Positions 1 through 11,100 of a DNA stretch of 50,640 nucleotides are shown here, in pieces (positions within the stretch are counted from its first letter, which is position 1; every line of letters begins with the position of its first letter). Source of the DNA: Macrostomum lignano (taxonomy: Eukaryota); assembly GCA_002269645.1 (NCBI GenBank), contig NIVC01004321.1, positions 1-50,640 of the forward strand, given 5' to 3'. The position numbers and the translations under genes were made by a program. The notes beneath the pieces are model-generated. The model was not told where the DNA came from. It did no database searches and worked only from the letters and a program-made list of their open reading frames with translations.

Positions 1-239
1 AAATTTTCGAATTGGAAACTTTCCCTTACACATGAGATATAATATCATTCAGCATAAATAACCCCTCTGTTTGTGTCCCAGCAAACCTACCCTACCCCTC
101 TACCCTCTCCACTACCCTCTACCCTCTCCCTCTACCCTCTCCCCTCTACCCTCTCTCTCATAACCCAGCTTACCCTCTCTCTCTCCCCTCTACCCTCTCT
201 CCTACCTCTCTACCCTCGCTCCGGTCTACCCCTCTACCC

Positions 240-840
240 TCACTCGCCGACACTCTACCCTCACTCCCCGGCACTCTACCCTCACTCCCTGGCACTCTAC
301 CCTCACTCCCCGGCACTCTACCCTCACTCCCCGGCACGCTACTACCCTCACCCTCCGGCACTCTACCCTTACTCCCCGGCACTCTACCCTTACTCCCCGG
401 CACTCTACCCTTACTCCCCGGCACTCTACCCTTACTCCCCGGCACTCTACCTTACTCCCCGGCACTCTACCCTCACTCCCCGGCACTCTACCCTCACTAC
501 CCCGGCACTCTACCCTCACTTCCCGGCACTCTACCCTCACTCCCCGGCACTCTACCCTCACTCCCGGCACTCTACCACTCTACTCACTCGCGGCACTCTA
601 CCCTCACTCCCCGGCACTCTACCCTCACTCCCCGGCACTCTACCCTCACTTCGCGGCACTCTACTCTCACCCCCGGCACTCTACCCTCACTTCCCGGCAC
701 TCTACCCTCACTTCGCGGCACTCTACTCTCACCCCCACTCTACCCTCACTTCGCGGCACTCTACTCTCACCCCCGGCACTCTACCCTCACTTCGCGGCAC
801 TCTACCCTCACTTCGCGGCACTCTACCCTCACTTCGCGGC
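240..840. repeat. 21-bp minisatellite (ccccggcactctaccctcact) in PTGR3 intron 3; resumes at 2368-2410 and degenerates into CT-rich repeats at 85-240
   Basis: Tandem units directly visible; array interrupted by the 841-2367 element. Confidence 0.95.
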
Positions 841-2367
841 CAGTGGTGGGACTGAGAGGCAACCATTTTTTTCGCGCCATTAAAAAATATTCGCGCCGTC
901 CGAAATTTCCTGCCCGTAAGATCGTAAAGCGATATTAAAGCCTGTCTGTGCCTACGCTCTACAATCTAGGAATTACTGTTAGAATCTACAGTACGACTCC
1001 TGATACAAAAGAGCCGCATGGCCCGCATCCCTATAGGCTATAAACTTGTGTACAATACAGATGGTCCGTAGAGGTCGCTTAAAGCGTCAAACTACTGTGC
1101 CACTGCCACAGTCCTAGAACATCTTCGGGAATGTAGTCTAGTCATTGACCAAGATAGCTATGGTTTTGGATTATTACTATTAACTATGGTGCATACTACT
1201 TGATACTATTGTTATGACTCTGGTCTGGTCGGCTTCAATCCAACCGACTGTCTCCAATGAGATGCTCTGCTCCGTAGGGTTTATTAATTCCCACTCTACT
1301 GTTCCCCGAGATGGTCTCTCTGACTGTTGCCCTACTCTGAGCAGTGGTACATGGCTGATGTCTAAGGCTCACTGGTGTCCGAACTTACCCACTAGGTCTC
1401 ACTTACTGATCACTGCTATCAATCAAAGAGCGGTAGTAGCTGCCACCAATTAAGATTGCTAGACACAATTCTTCAAGAGCTGCTCTGTCACAATCCTAAT
1501 AAAAGTTAATAAATGAATAACCTCTAGAGACAATGCAGAGAGGTTTAGGTGTCATAGACACGTTGCAATTCCGTCATTAATACTCTGGTCAATTCTTCTA
1601 ACGTCGTAGATTGAAGGTCCCTAAGTCCATAGATTCCGAATTAGTCAGGCAATCTTCAGGTGAACTTCAGGCATACTTCAGGCCCTTCAAGTGATCTTCA
1701 GGCATACTTCAGGCCCTTCAAGTGATCTTCAGACTCTTCAGGTTCTTCAGGCTACGAGTTCAGGTGAACTACGGATGACCTTCAGATGTCCGATGTCAGC
1801 GACAATCGGGATCTTCAGCTGGATGCTGGCACCTCGAGCGGGACCGGACGTAGTACCACAGCGCGGCGGGCCATTGACATGGCCGGCCTGTTAGCAAGCA
1901 ATAGCGTCTAACTTGGCGCAGAGCGCCGCTGAAAGGATTCAACAAAGCTTTAAGATCTATGCTAGAAGCCTTCCTCCCGTCTCTACATATGCCTACCTAC
2001 CTCGTAGTTACCTCCTAGCGAGTCACCACACTATATTTTGTGCAAAAAACAGAGCTAGTGGAGTTATATTTATTTTCTGTAGGGAAGCTAAGAATGCAAC
2101 CGTTCATACATCTTGCTCGATACAAGCCCAGAGCCACACTTGAAAGAAAATGAAGTTGCAGCATAAACCGCACACACTAAATATAAATCCGCGCCATTCA
2201 CGCCTCAAAATCCGCGCCATTCACGCCTCAAAATCCGCGCCATTCACGCCTCAAAATCCGCGCCATTCACGCCTCAAAATCCGCGCCACACCTGAAAAAT
2301 CGCGTATTCGCGCCATCTTTACTGAAATTCGCGCCAGGCGCGAATTCGCGCCTCAGTCCCACCACTG
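841..2367. mobile_element. Non-autonomous hAT DNA transposon
   Basis: Perfect 16-bp TIR cagtggtgggactgag (841-856) / ctcagtcccaccactg (2352-2367); 8-bp TSD ttcgcggc (833-840 and 2368-2375); subterminal cgcgcc-containing repeats at both ends (about 4 copies of aaatccgcgccattcacgcctca near 2185-2290); no transposase ORF. Confidence 0.9.
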
Positions 2368-2412
2368 TTCGCGGCACTCTACTCTCACCCCCGGCACTCT
2401 ACCCTTACTCAC

Positions 2413-5400
2413 CTGCACGGCATCCGGCACGGCCTCGAGTCCCTGGAAGCCGCTGCCGCCAGCCGCCCTGCCCATGTCTACGGCGGCCCGCAGCTGCCCA
2501 GCCTCCAGCAGCTTCACCAGCTTGTCAAAGGCCGGTCGAAGTTCGCTAAAAAAGTTAAACAAAAAGAACCCCCGCACGCTGGCGGACTTAACCAGCAGCC
2601 GGGCGGGCAGGGTGGCCAGGTACTGCGACCTCGGCATGCCCTGGTCGGTCTGGTAGCCCTGGATGAACCCGATCACAATCAGCCGGCCGTGTGTAGCCAG
2701 AGCGTCCACTGCCGTGTCGAACATCTTGCCGCCGACGCCTTCGTACACGACGTTGACGCCACGCGGGCACTCGCGTTTCAGCACCTCATCGAGCTAAGGA
2801 ATACAGACGTTTGCGGGTCTGAATTATTCGCAATTTTGTAGCTTTATATTATCAATACATATTTAATACATACCCTTAATCACACGCCAGCCTCATTATC
2901 ACCCCTAGACTCACTCTCACCCGTAGACTTACTCTCACCTCTTCCTAGTCTCAGTCTCACCCCTAGACTCACTCTCACCCCTAGACTTACTCTCACCTCT
3001 TCCTAGTCTCAATCTCACCTCTTCCTAGTCTCACCCTCACCTCTTCTAGTCTCACTCTCACCTCTCCCTAGACTCACTTACACCTCCAGAGTGACCGCGG
3101 TCAGGGAAAGTCAGGGAAAGTCAGGGAAAAAAATGTGGTCTGGAAAGTCAGGGAAATTCTTAGGAAGTCAGGGAAAATTTGAAAGTAAATTAGAAAATTG
3201 AAGAAAAAAATTGTGAGACAAGAAAGAGGCTAATCGATAGCACTAAGTAGCTCGAATAGTAAATCTGTTTTGTTTGTTCCATGTATTTTTGTTTTTTAAA
3301 AGCTGGTATTTGAAATTGGCAGATACTTGTTCTTAAATGAATAATTTATGGGCTTGTAGGCCTACATATTGCTAATCTATAATTGCTGTGCTAATCACAC
3401 TGACAGTAAAATATATAGTCCATACTATGATAATATATTAACCAGGCCATTAATAGAAAGGTGTATATTTTGTTTTAATCACTATTTATTGTTATTCTTT
3501 TGTATAAATTTATATAGCATTTAGGTTTATATTAGACTTATAATATTATAGTATAAATAAGTTGGTGTAAATACTAAATAGCTTGCTAATGTTACATATA
3601 TAATTATTTTATTTTTATGTACACCTTACTACTAACTCCTTCCAGTTCCAGCCTTATGAGTTCCACTAAAAAAAAAACAACTTACTATGACAAGAAGTGG
3701 GAAGAGGAATTCTCCTGGGTGACTTCCTACTCGGGCAATCGAAATGCAGCTTACTGCAAAAGCTGCGAAAAGAAAGTCGAACTTTCCAATATGGGAAAGA
3801 CGGCCTTAACTTCCCATGCTAAAGGAAAAACTCATCTAAATCGGATGAGTGCCGTTGCAACAACATCAAGTATCCGAGCATTCTGTATGCCATCGGGCAG
3901 CACTACTAGTGGCGGTACTGTTGCTGCAGTTGCTGCTACAAATGACGAAGTAGTAAAAGGTTTAAAGAACAGTGCTGAGCAAGCTGAGCTACTGTGGGTT
4001 TTTTACATGGTAGACGAGCACTTTTCATTTCGCTCAGCAGCTGGAATTACTGATCGATTCAAAGCCATGTTTACCGACAGTGCCATTGCAAAGGAAATGT
4101 CCCTTGGCTACGACAAAGTCCGATACATAATTAACTTCGGATTGGCACCATTCCTAAAGGAGCAACTAACAACTATTTTGAATAACCAACGGTTCTTTTC
4201 TGTTAGCTTTGACGAGAGTTTAAACAAAATCATGCAGCAATCGCAAATGGACATTCATGTTCGTGTCTGGACTGAGGAAGAAGACTCAACTGAGCCTCCA
4301 GTAAAGACATTTTACTTCGATTCTCAATTTATTCATTCATGCACTGCAGCCAATCTCTTGGAGTCTTTCCTAGCATCTTTCAATGGCATCTCTGCCAGCA
4401 AGCTATTGCAAGTGGGCATGGATGGACCTAATGTCAACTGGGCCTTTCACAAGCTACTGGATGCCTATGTTGCTAGTAGTAGTGCTACAGATGCAAAGAT
4501 CATTCACTGCGGATCCTGCAGTCTACATCGAGTCCACAGAGCATTTAATCAGGGTGTCTTAGCCAGTGGTTGGGACATTGAAGCTCTTTTGAGCTCCTTG
4601 TACTACCTGTTCAAAGATGCGCCTGCACGTCGCAATGACTTCATTGAGGCCACAGGTACACGTGTGTTCCCTCTCAAGTTCTGTGCCTGTCGTTGGCTAG
4701 AAAATGTCCCTGTTGCTGAGCGTGCACTTGCCATTTGGCCCGACTTATGTACCTATGTACAAACTGCTTCACAGAATAAGGCAATGAAAGCACAAGTCAG
4801 TGGCAACCGCCACTTTGAGCTCCTGCAGTCTTGCACGAAAAGGCCATTGCAAGCGGCAAGGTTTGCATTTTTTTATTTATTGCCAAGCCTTTCAACGACT
4901 TTTTGACAGAATTTCAAACTGAGTCACCAATTCTGCCCTTCATGGCAGACCGAGTGCATGCACTGTTTGTAGGCCTGCTTCATACAGTCTTGAAGCCTCC
5001 CGCTCTGAAGCTGTTGTCAACTGTATCACAGTTTGCTATTCACCAAGCTGGTGTCTTCGAGGACGAGGCCAATTTTCTGCCTGCTGATTTAACTAATGTT
5101 GGTACAGCTGCCCAGGCACTCCTGCAGAAGTCTGGTGTCAGCGAGCTCCAGATTCTTGGCTTTCGAAAGGATGTCAAGTCATTTGTTACCGCTACAGCAA
5201 AGCATCTTCTGAAGAGATGCGTACTAAACTATCCATTTGTTCGTGGATCTCGTTGCTTGCAGCCTTCTGTGCTGGTGGCAGAATTGGATAGTGACCCACC
5301 ATCCTCATCACCGGCTCAAGCGGATTTTGATGCGCTTGTCCTGGAAGCCTACACTAAGGGACGCATCACTGCACAGGAAGCTGACGCTGCAAAGTCCGAG

Positions 5401-7955
5401 TTCACCCAGTTTCGAACTGTTACAGTTCGTGAGCATCGATTTCAGCTGTCTCAATTCGACTATAAGTCAGACCGACTTGATGTCCTCTTTGCTTCCCTCT
5501 TCACTGATTCAACGAGTACCAATAATTTGCAGATCATTGTGAAGATGGTTCTGACAACCTTCCATGGGAATGCTGCTGTTGAGCGCGGCTTCAGTGTCAA
5601 CAAAGAGTGCCTAGAACCAAATCTTCAGGGATTGAACATTCGTTCTCTCCGACTTGTGTACGAGTGGCAAAAGGGAAAGACTGCCGCTGAAATCATCGCG
5701 AAAGTTACCGAGGAGATGTTGAAGAGTGTGAGAAGTGCCAGGAGTAGGTACAGGGCCATGTTGGAGCAGCAGCGAGCAGAAGCGTCTCATCGGAAATACG
5801 AGGAATCAAGGAAAAGGAAGGATGCAACGGTGCTGGAGCTCGAAAGAAGCTCCTGCTTGATGTTGCAGTTCTCACCAAAGATGCGGATAGCCTCGTGTAC
5901 CAATGTGAGACGGATTCAAACATGAGCCTACTCATGAAGTCAAATGCACTGCGTCGTGCTGCACAACAGAAAAAGGAAGAAGTGGAGAAGGTAGAGAAAG
6001 AGATTGTAGCACTTGAAGGTACGATTCCTCATTGAACTCAATTTTAACTACAGTGCTACATCTCTTAACTTTGTTTTACTGTGTGCCACATACAATAAAA
6101 GTTAGTACTTGATATTTTTCATGCGATTTTTTATCAAACACTACGTTTTTTGTGGTCAGTTTCCGGTGCATTAATTTTTCATTATAATTCAAACAAATTG
6201 CCAATACATGCGCTGTTTCAACTTCAATTCAAATTAAATAAATTTCAACATTGCTGACTTTTTAATGCGCAACAGTTTGTTGCAATAAAATTATTGTGCA
6301 CAACTATCACTGAGCTTCTTCTATTACTTTTAGTGTGTCAGGGAAAATTTAGTTTAGTCAGGGAAAAAAGTTACTGGAGCGCGGTCACCCTGACCTCTCC
6401 CTAGTCTCACTCTCACCTCTCCCTAGACTCACTCTCACTCCTAGACTTACTCTCACCTCTTCCTAGTCTCACTCTCACCTCTTCCTAGTCTCATTCTCAC
6501 CTCTTCCTATACTCACTCTCACCTCTTAATAGTCTCACCCTCACCTCTTCCTAGTCTCACTCTCATCCTCCAGTCTCACTCTCACCCCTAGACTCACTCA
6601 CACCTCTTCCTAGTCACACTCTCACCTCTTCCTAGTCTCACTCTCACCTCTCCGTAGACTCACTCTCAACTCTTCCAAGAGTCACTCTCACCTCCCCCTA
6701 GTCTCACTTTCACATCTCCCAAGTCTCACTTTCACATCTCCCAAGTCTCACCCTCACCCCCTAGTCTCACTCTAACCCTCTCAAGTCCTGACACCAGGAG
6801 CACCATAGGCTACCCCAGATCTCCAACCAACCTAACCGTCCCCACCTTCTCCTTCGTGTAGTCTATGGGCCGATCGCAGCCCAGCGCGGTGAGTAGGCGA
6901 GCCTTGGCCTCGCCCGAGCAGGTGCCCAGCACCCGGCAGCCCCGCAGCTTGGCCAGCTGCACAGCGAACTGCCCGGTGCCCCCGGCCGCGCCGGTGACCA
7001 GCACGGTCTCGCCGGCGCTTGGCTGGCCGACTTTCTCCAACGCCAGCTCGGCAGTGAGGCCGCTGACCAGCAGGCTGACAAACTCCGGCCTGATCGATGG
7101 CACGGGGAACACGGAGCCAGCCGACAAGCACTGGTACTCGGAGAACGACCCGTCAGCCAGGTAGGCCACAGGCTGGCCGACTTTCAGTCCGTCGCCAACG
7201 CCCGGGCCCACCTGTACAACGCGGCCGACGCCTTCGAAGCCAAGCAGGATTGGCGGCTTGCTGGCGTGCTTGTAGCGGCCGGCCGTGAAGTTGATGTCGG
7301 ATGCGTTCACGCCGGCGTATCTTGCGGGAGGTGAATCCGGGATACGGTGAATCAGGGAGTGAGGGTGAATCCAAGAGGGATGGAGGGTGAATCAGGGAGG
7401 GATGGTAAATCAGGGAGTGAGTGATGGTGAATCAGGGAGTGATGGTGAATCAGGGAGGGATGGTGAATCAGGGAGTGATGGTGAATCAGGGAGTGAGTGA
7501 GGGTGAATAAGGGAGGGATGGTGAATCAGGGAGTGAGGGAGGGTGAATCAGGGAGTGAGGGAGGGTGAATCAGGGAGGGAGGGTGAGTCAGGGAGGGATG
7601 GTGAATCAGGGAGGGATGGTGAATCAGGGAGGGATGGTGAATCAGGGAGGGATGGTGAATCAGGGAGGGATGTCAGGGAGGGATGGTGAATCAGGGAGGG
7701 ATGGTGAATCAGGGAGGGAGGGTGAATCAGGGAGGGAGGGTGAATCAGGGAGAGGCTGAATTAGCATGGGTGAATAATGAAGAGAAGGTGAATGCTGGAG
7801 CAGGGAGGCGAAGCAACTCACTTAGTCTTAATGAGAACCTGGCCAGCAGTCGGTGGCTTCAGCTCACAGTTGATGATTTCAACTGCCTCGCGGAAATTGT
7901 GCGTCAGTTTAGTCGCCACGAGCCGGCGAAAAGTGTTGGGCAGAGCGGAGGCCAT
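2413..7955 (-). CDS. PTGR3: Prostaglandin reductase 3 / ZADH2-like NADP-dependent medium-chain reductase; 3'-partial (final exon outside the window)
   Basis: Exons 7955-7822 (MASALPNTFRRLVATKLTHNFREAVEI...VLIKT), 7320-6846 (K-YAGVNASDINFTAGRY...VLVTGAAGGTGQFAVQLAK...DYTKEK) and 2793-2413 (LDEVLKRECPRGVNVVYEGVGGKMFD...GRLIVIGFIQGYQ...AVPDAVQ). All are GT-AG bounded with matching phases (2, 0, 0). Motifs match the ZADH2/PTGR3 family from memory. Confidence 0.9.
2890..3086. repeat. 22-bp minisatellite (ctcactctcacctcttcctagt), left part, PTGR3 intron 2
   Basis: Tandem units visible; continues after the transposon at 6393. Confidence 0.9.
3087..6392 (+). mobile_element. Autonomous-type hAT-superfamily DNA transposon with 5-bp TSD (hAT5-like)
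   Basis: TIR cagagtgaccgcg (3087-3099) vs cgcggtcaccctg (6380-6392), 12/13 match; flanks acctc (3082-3086) and acctc (6393-6397); subterminal tcagggaaa repeats at both ends; internal transposase. Confidence 0.85.
3617..6035 (+). CDS. hAT-type DDE transposase, about 800 aa, interrupted by two -1 frameshifts (near 4870 and 5845)
   Basis: BED-like zinc finger (YCKSCEK...SHAKGKTH); SFDESLNK, GMDGPNVN, CGSCSLHRVH and GNAAVERGFS motifs. Adding one T in the T7 run at about 4868-4874 and one A at about 5843-5845 joins three frames through to TGA at 6033-6035 (C-terminus ...LMKSNALRRAAQQKKEEVEK...). Confidence 0.85.
6393..6780. repeat. 22-bp minisatellite, right part, PTGR3 intron 2
   Basis: Same unit as 2890-3086. 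Confidence 0.9.
7330..7760. repeat. 18-bp minisatellite (ggtgaatcagggagggat) filling PTGR3 intron 1
   Basis: Tandem units visible. Confidence 0.9.
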
Positions 7956-8109
7956 GGCCGATCTGGCGTCATGCAAGATAATTGAGTTTTATAATAAATG
8001 CTTGATTATGTTTGGATTTGGAGTTTGGATTTGGAGTGTTCATAATTTGGAAGTTTTAAAAATCGGGAATTTTATGGATTACGAAATATAGATATTTTGG
8101 AAGTTTATG

Positions 8110-11100
8110 AGTTGGGAAATTTTATGTATTGGGAATTTTTGGGATGGGGAAGTTTAGGGGGCTGGGGAAGTTTAGGGGGTTGGGGAAGTTTAGGGGGTTA
8201 GGGAAGTTTAGAGATTGGGGAAGTTTAAGGATTGGGGAAGTTTAGAGATTGGGGAAGTTTATGGGATTGGGGAAGTTTAGACATTGGGGAAGTTTATAGG
8301 ATTGGGGAAGTTTATGAGATTGGGGAAGTTTATGGGATTGGGGAAGTTTATGGGATTGGGGAAGTTTATGGGATTGGGGAAGTTTAGACATTGGGGAAGT
8401 TTATGGATTGGGGGAGTTTATGGGATTGGAGAAGTTTATGAGATTGGGGAAGTTTATGGGATTGGGGAAGTTTAGACATTGGGGAAGTTTATGGATTGGG
8501 GGAGTTTATGGGATTGGGGAAGTTTATGGGATTGGGGAAGTTTATACATTGGGGAAGTTTATGGGATTGGGGAAGTTTAGACATTAGGGAAGTTTATGGG
8601 ATTGGGAAAGTTTATGGGATTGGGGAAGTTTATGGGATTGGGGAAGTTTATGGGATTGGGGAAGTTTATACATTGGGGAAGTTTATGGGATTGGGGAAGT
8701 TTAGACATTGGGGAAGTTTATGGATTGGGGGAGTTTATGGGATTGGGGAAGTTTATGGGATTGGGGAAGTTTAGAGATTGGGGAAGTTTATGGGATTGGG
8801 GAAGTTTATGGGATTGGGGAAGTTTATACATTGGGGAAGTTTATGGGATTGGGGAAGTTTAGACATTGGGAAGTTTATGGGATTGGGAAGTTTATGGATT
8901 GGGGAAGTTTATGGGATTGGGGAAGTTTATGGGATTGGGGAAGTTTATACATTGGGGAAGTTTATGGGATTGGGGAAGTTTAGACATTGGGGAAGTTTAT
9001 GGATTGGGGAGTTTATGGGATTGGGGAAGTTTATGGGATTGGGGAAGTTTAGAGATTGGGGAAGTTTATGGGATTGGGGAAGTTTATGGGATTGGGGAAG
9101 TTTATGGGATTGGGGAAGTTTATGGGATTGGGGAAGTTTATGGGATTGGGGAAGTTTAGAGATTGGGGAAGTTTAGACATTGGGGAAGTTTATGGGATTG
9201 GGGAAGTTTATGGGATTGGGAAGTTTATGGGATTGGGGAAGTTTAGACATTGGGGAAGTTTATGGGATTGGGGAAGTTTATGGGATTGGGGAAGTTTATG
9301 GGATTGGGGAAGTTTATGGGATTGGGGAAGTTTAGACATTGGGGAAGTTTATGGATTGGGGAGTTTATGGGATTGGAGAGTTTATGAGATTGGGGAAGTT
9401 TATGGGATTGGGGAAGTTTAGACATTGGGGAAGTTTATGGATTGGGGAGTTTATGGATTGGGGAAGTTTATGGGATTGGGGAAGTTTATACATTGGGGAA
9501 GTTTATGGGATTGAGGAAGTTTAGACATTGGGAAGTTTATGGATTGGGAAAGTTTATGGGATTGGGGAAGTTTATGGGATTGGGGAAGTTTATACATTGG
9601 GGAAGTTTATGGGATTGGGGAAGTTTAGACATTGGGGAAGTTTATGGATTGGGGGAGTTTATGGGATTGGGGAAGTTTATGGGATTGGGGAAGTTTAGAG
9701 ATTGGGGAAGTTTATGGATTGGGGAAGTTTATGGGATTGGGGAAGTTTATGGGATTGGGGAAGTTTAGACATTGGGGAAGTTTATGGATTGGGGGAGTTT
9801 ATGGGATTGGAGAAGTTTATGAGATTGGGGAAGTTTATGGGATTGGGGAAGTTTAGACATTGGGGAAGTTTATGGATTGGGGAGTTTATGGGATTGGGGA
9901 AGTTTATGGGATTGGGGAAGTTTATACATTGGGGAAGTTTATGGGATTGGGGAAGTTTAGACATTAGGGAAGTTTATGGGATTGGGAAAGTTTATGGGAT
10001 TGGGGAAGTTTATGGGATTGGGGAAGTTTATACATTGGGGAAGTTTATGGGATTGGGGAAGTTTAGACATTGGGGAAGTTTATGGATTGGGGGAGTTTAT
10101 GGGATTGGGGAAGTTTAGAGATTGGGGAAGTTTATGGGATTGGGGAAGTTTATGGATTGGGGAAGTTTATGGGATTGGGGAAGTTTATGGGATTGGGGAA
10201 GTTTATGGGATTGGGGAAGTTTAGAGATTGGGGAAGTTTAGACATTGGGGAAGTTTATGGGATTGGGGAAGTTTATGGGATTGGGAAGTTTATGGGATTG
10301 GGGAAGTTTAGACATTGGGGAAGTTTATGGGATTGGGGAAGTTTATGGGATTGGGGAAGTTTATGGGATTGGGGAAGTTTATGGGATTGGGGAAGTTTAG
10401 ACATTGGGGAAGTTTATGGATTGGGGGAGTTTATGGGATTGGAGAAGTTTATGAGATTGGGGAAGTTTATGGGATTGGGGAAGTTTAGACATTGGGGAAG
10501 TTTATGGATTGGGGGAGTTTATGGGATTGGGGAAGTTTATGGGATTGGGGAAGTTTATACATTGGGGAAGTTTATGGGATTGGGAAGTTTAGACATTAGG
10601 GAAGTTTATGGGATTGGGAAAGTTTATGGGATTGGGGAAGTTTATGGGATTGGGGAAGTTTATACATTGGGGAAGTTTATGGGATTGGGGAAGTTTAGAC
10701 ATTGGGGAAGTTTATGGATTGGGGAGTTTATGGGATTGGGGAAGTTTATGGGATTGGGGAAGTTTAGAGATTGGGGAAGTTTATGGGATTGGGGAAGTTT
10801 ATGGGATTGGGGAAGTTTAGAGATTGGGGAAGTTTAGACATTGGGGAAGTTTATGGGATTGGGGAAGTTTATGGGATTGGGAAGTTTATGGGATTGGGGA
10901 AGTTTAGACATTGGGGAAGTTTATGGGATTGGGGAAATTTATGGGATTGGAGAAGCTTAGACATTAGGGAAGTTTATGGGATTGGGGAAGTTTATGGGAT
11001 TGGGGAAGTTTATGGGATTGGGAAAGTTTATGGGATTGGGGAAGTTTAGACATTGGGGAAGTTTATGGATTGGGGGAGTTTATGGGATTGGAGAAGTTTA

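Noticed and set aside
1-72. Candidate last exon of PTGR3
   Set aside because: No acceptor plus matching C-terminal peptide; exon presumed outside the window
73-855. 260-aa Pro-rich ORF and the overlapping minus-strand ORFs
   Set aside because: Minisatellite translation inside a PTGR3 intron
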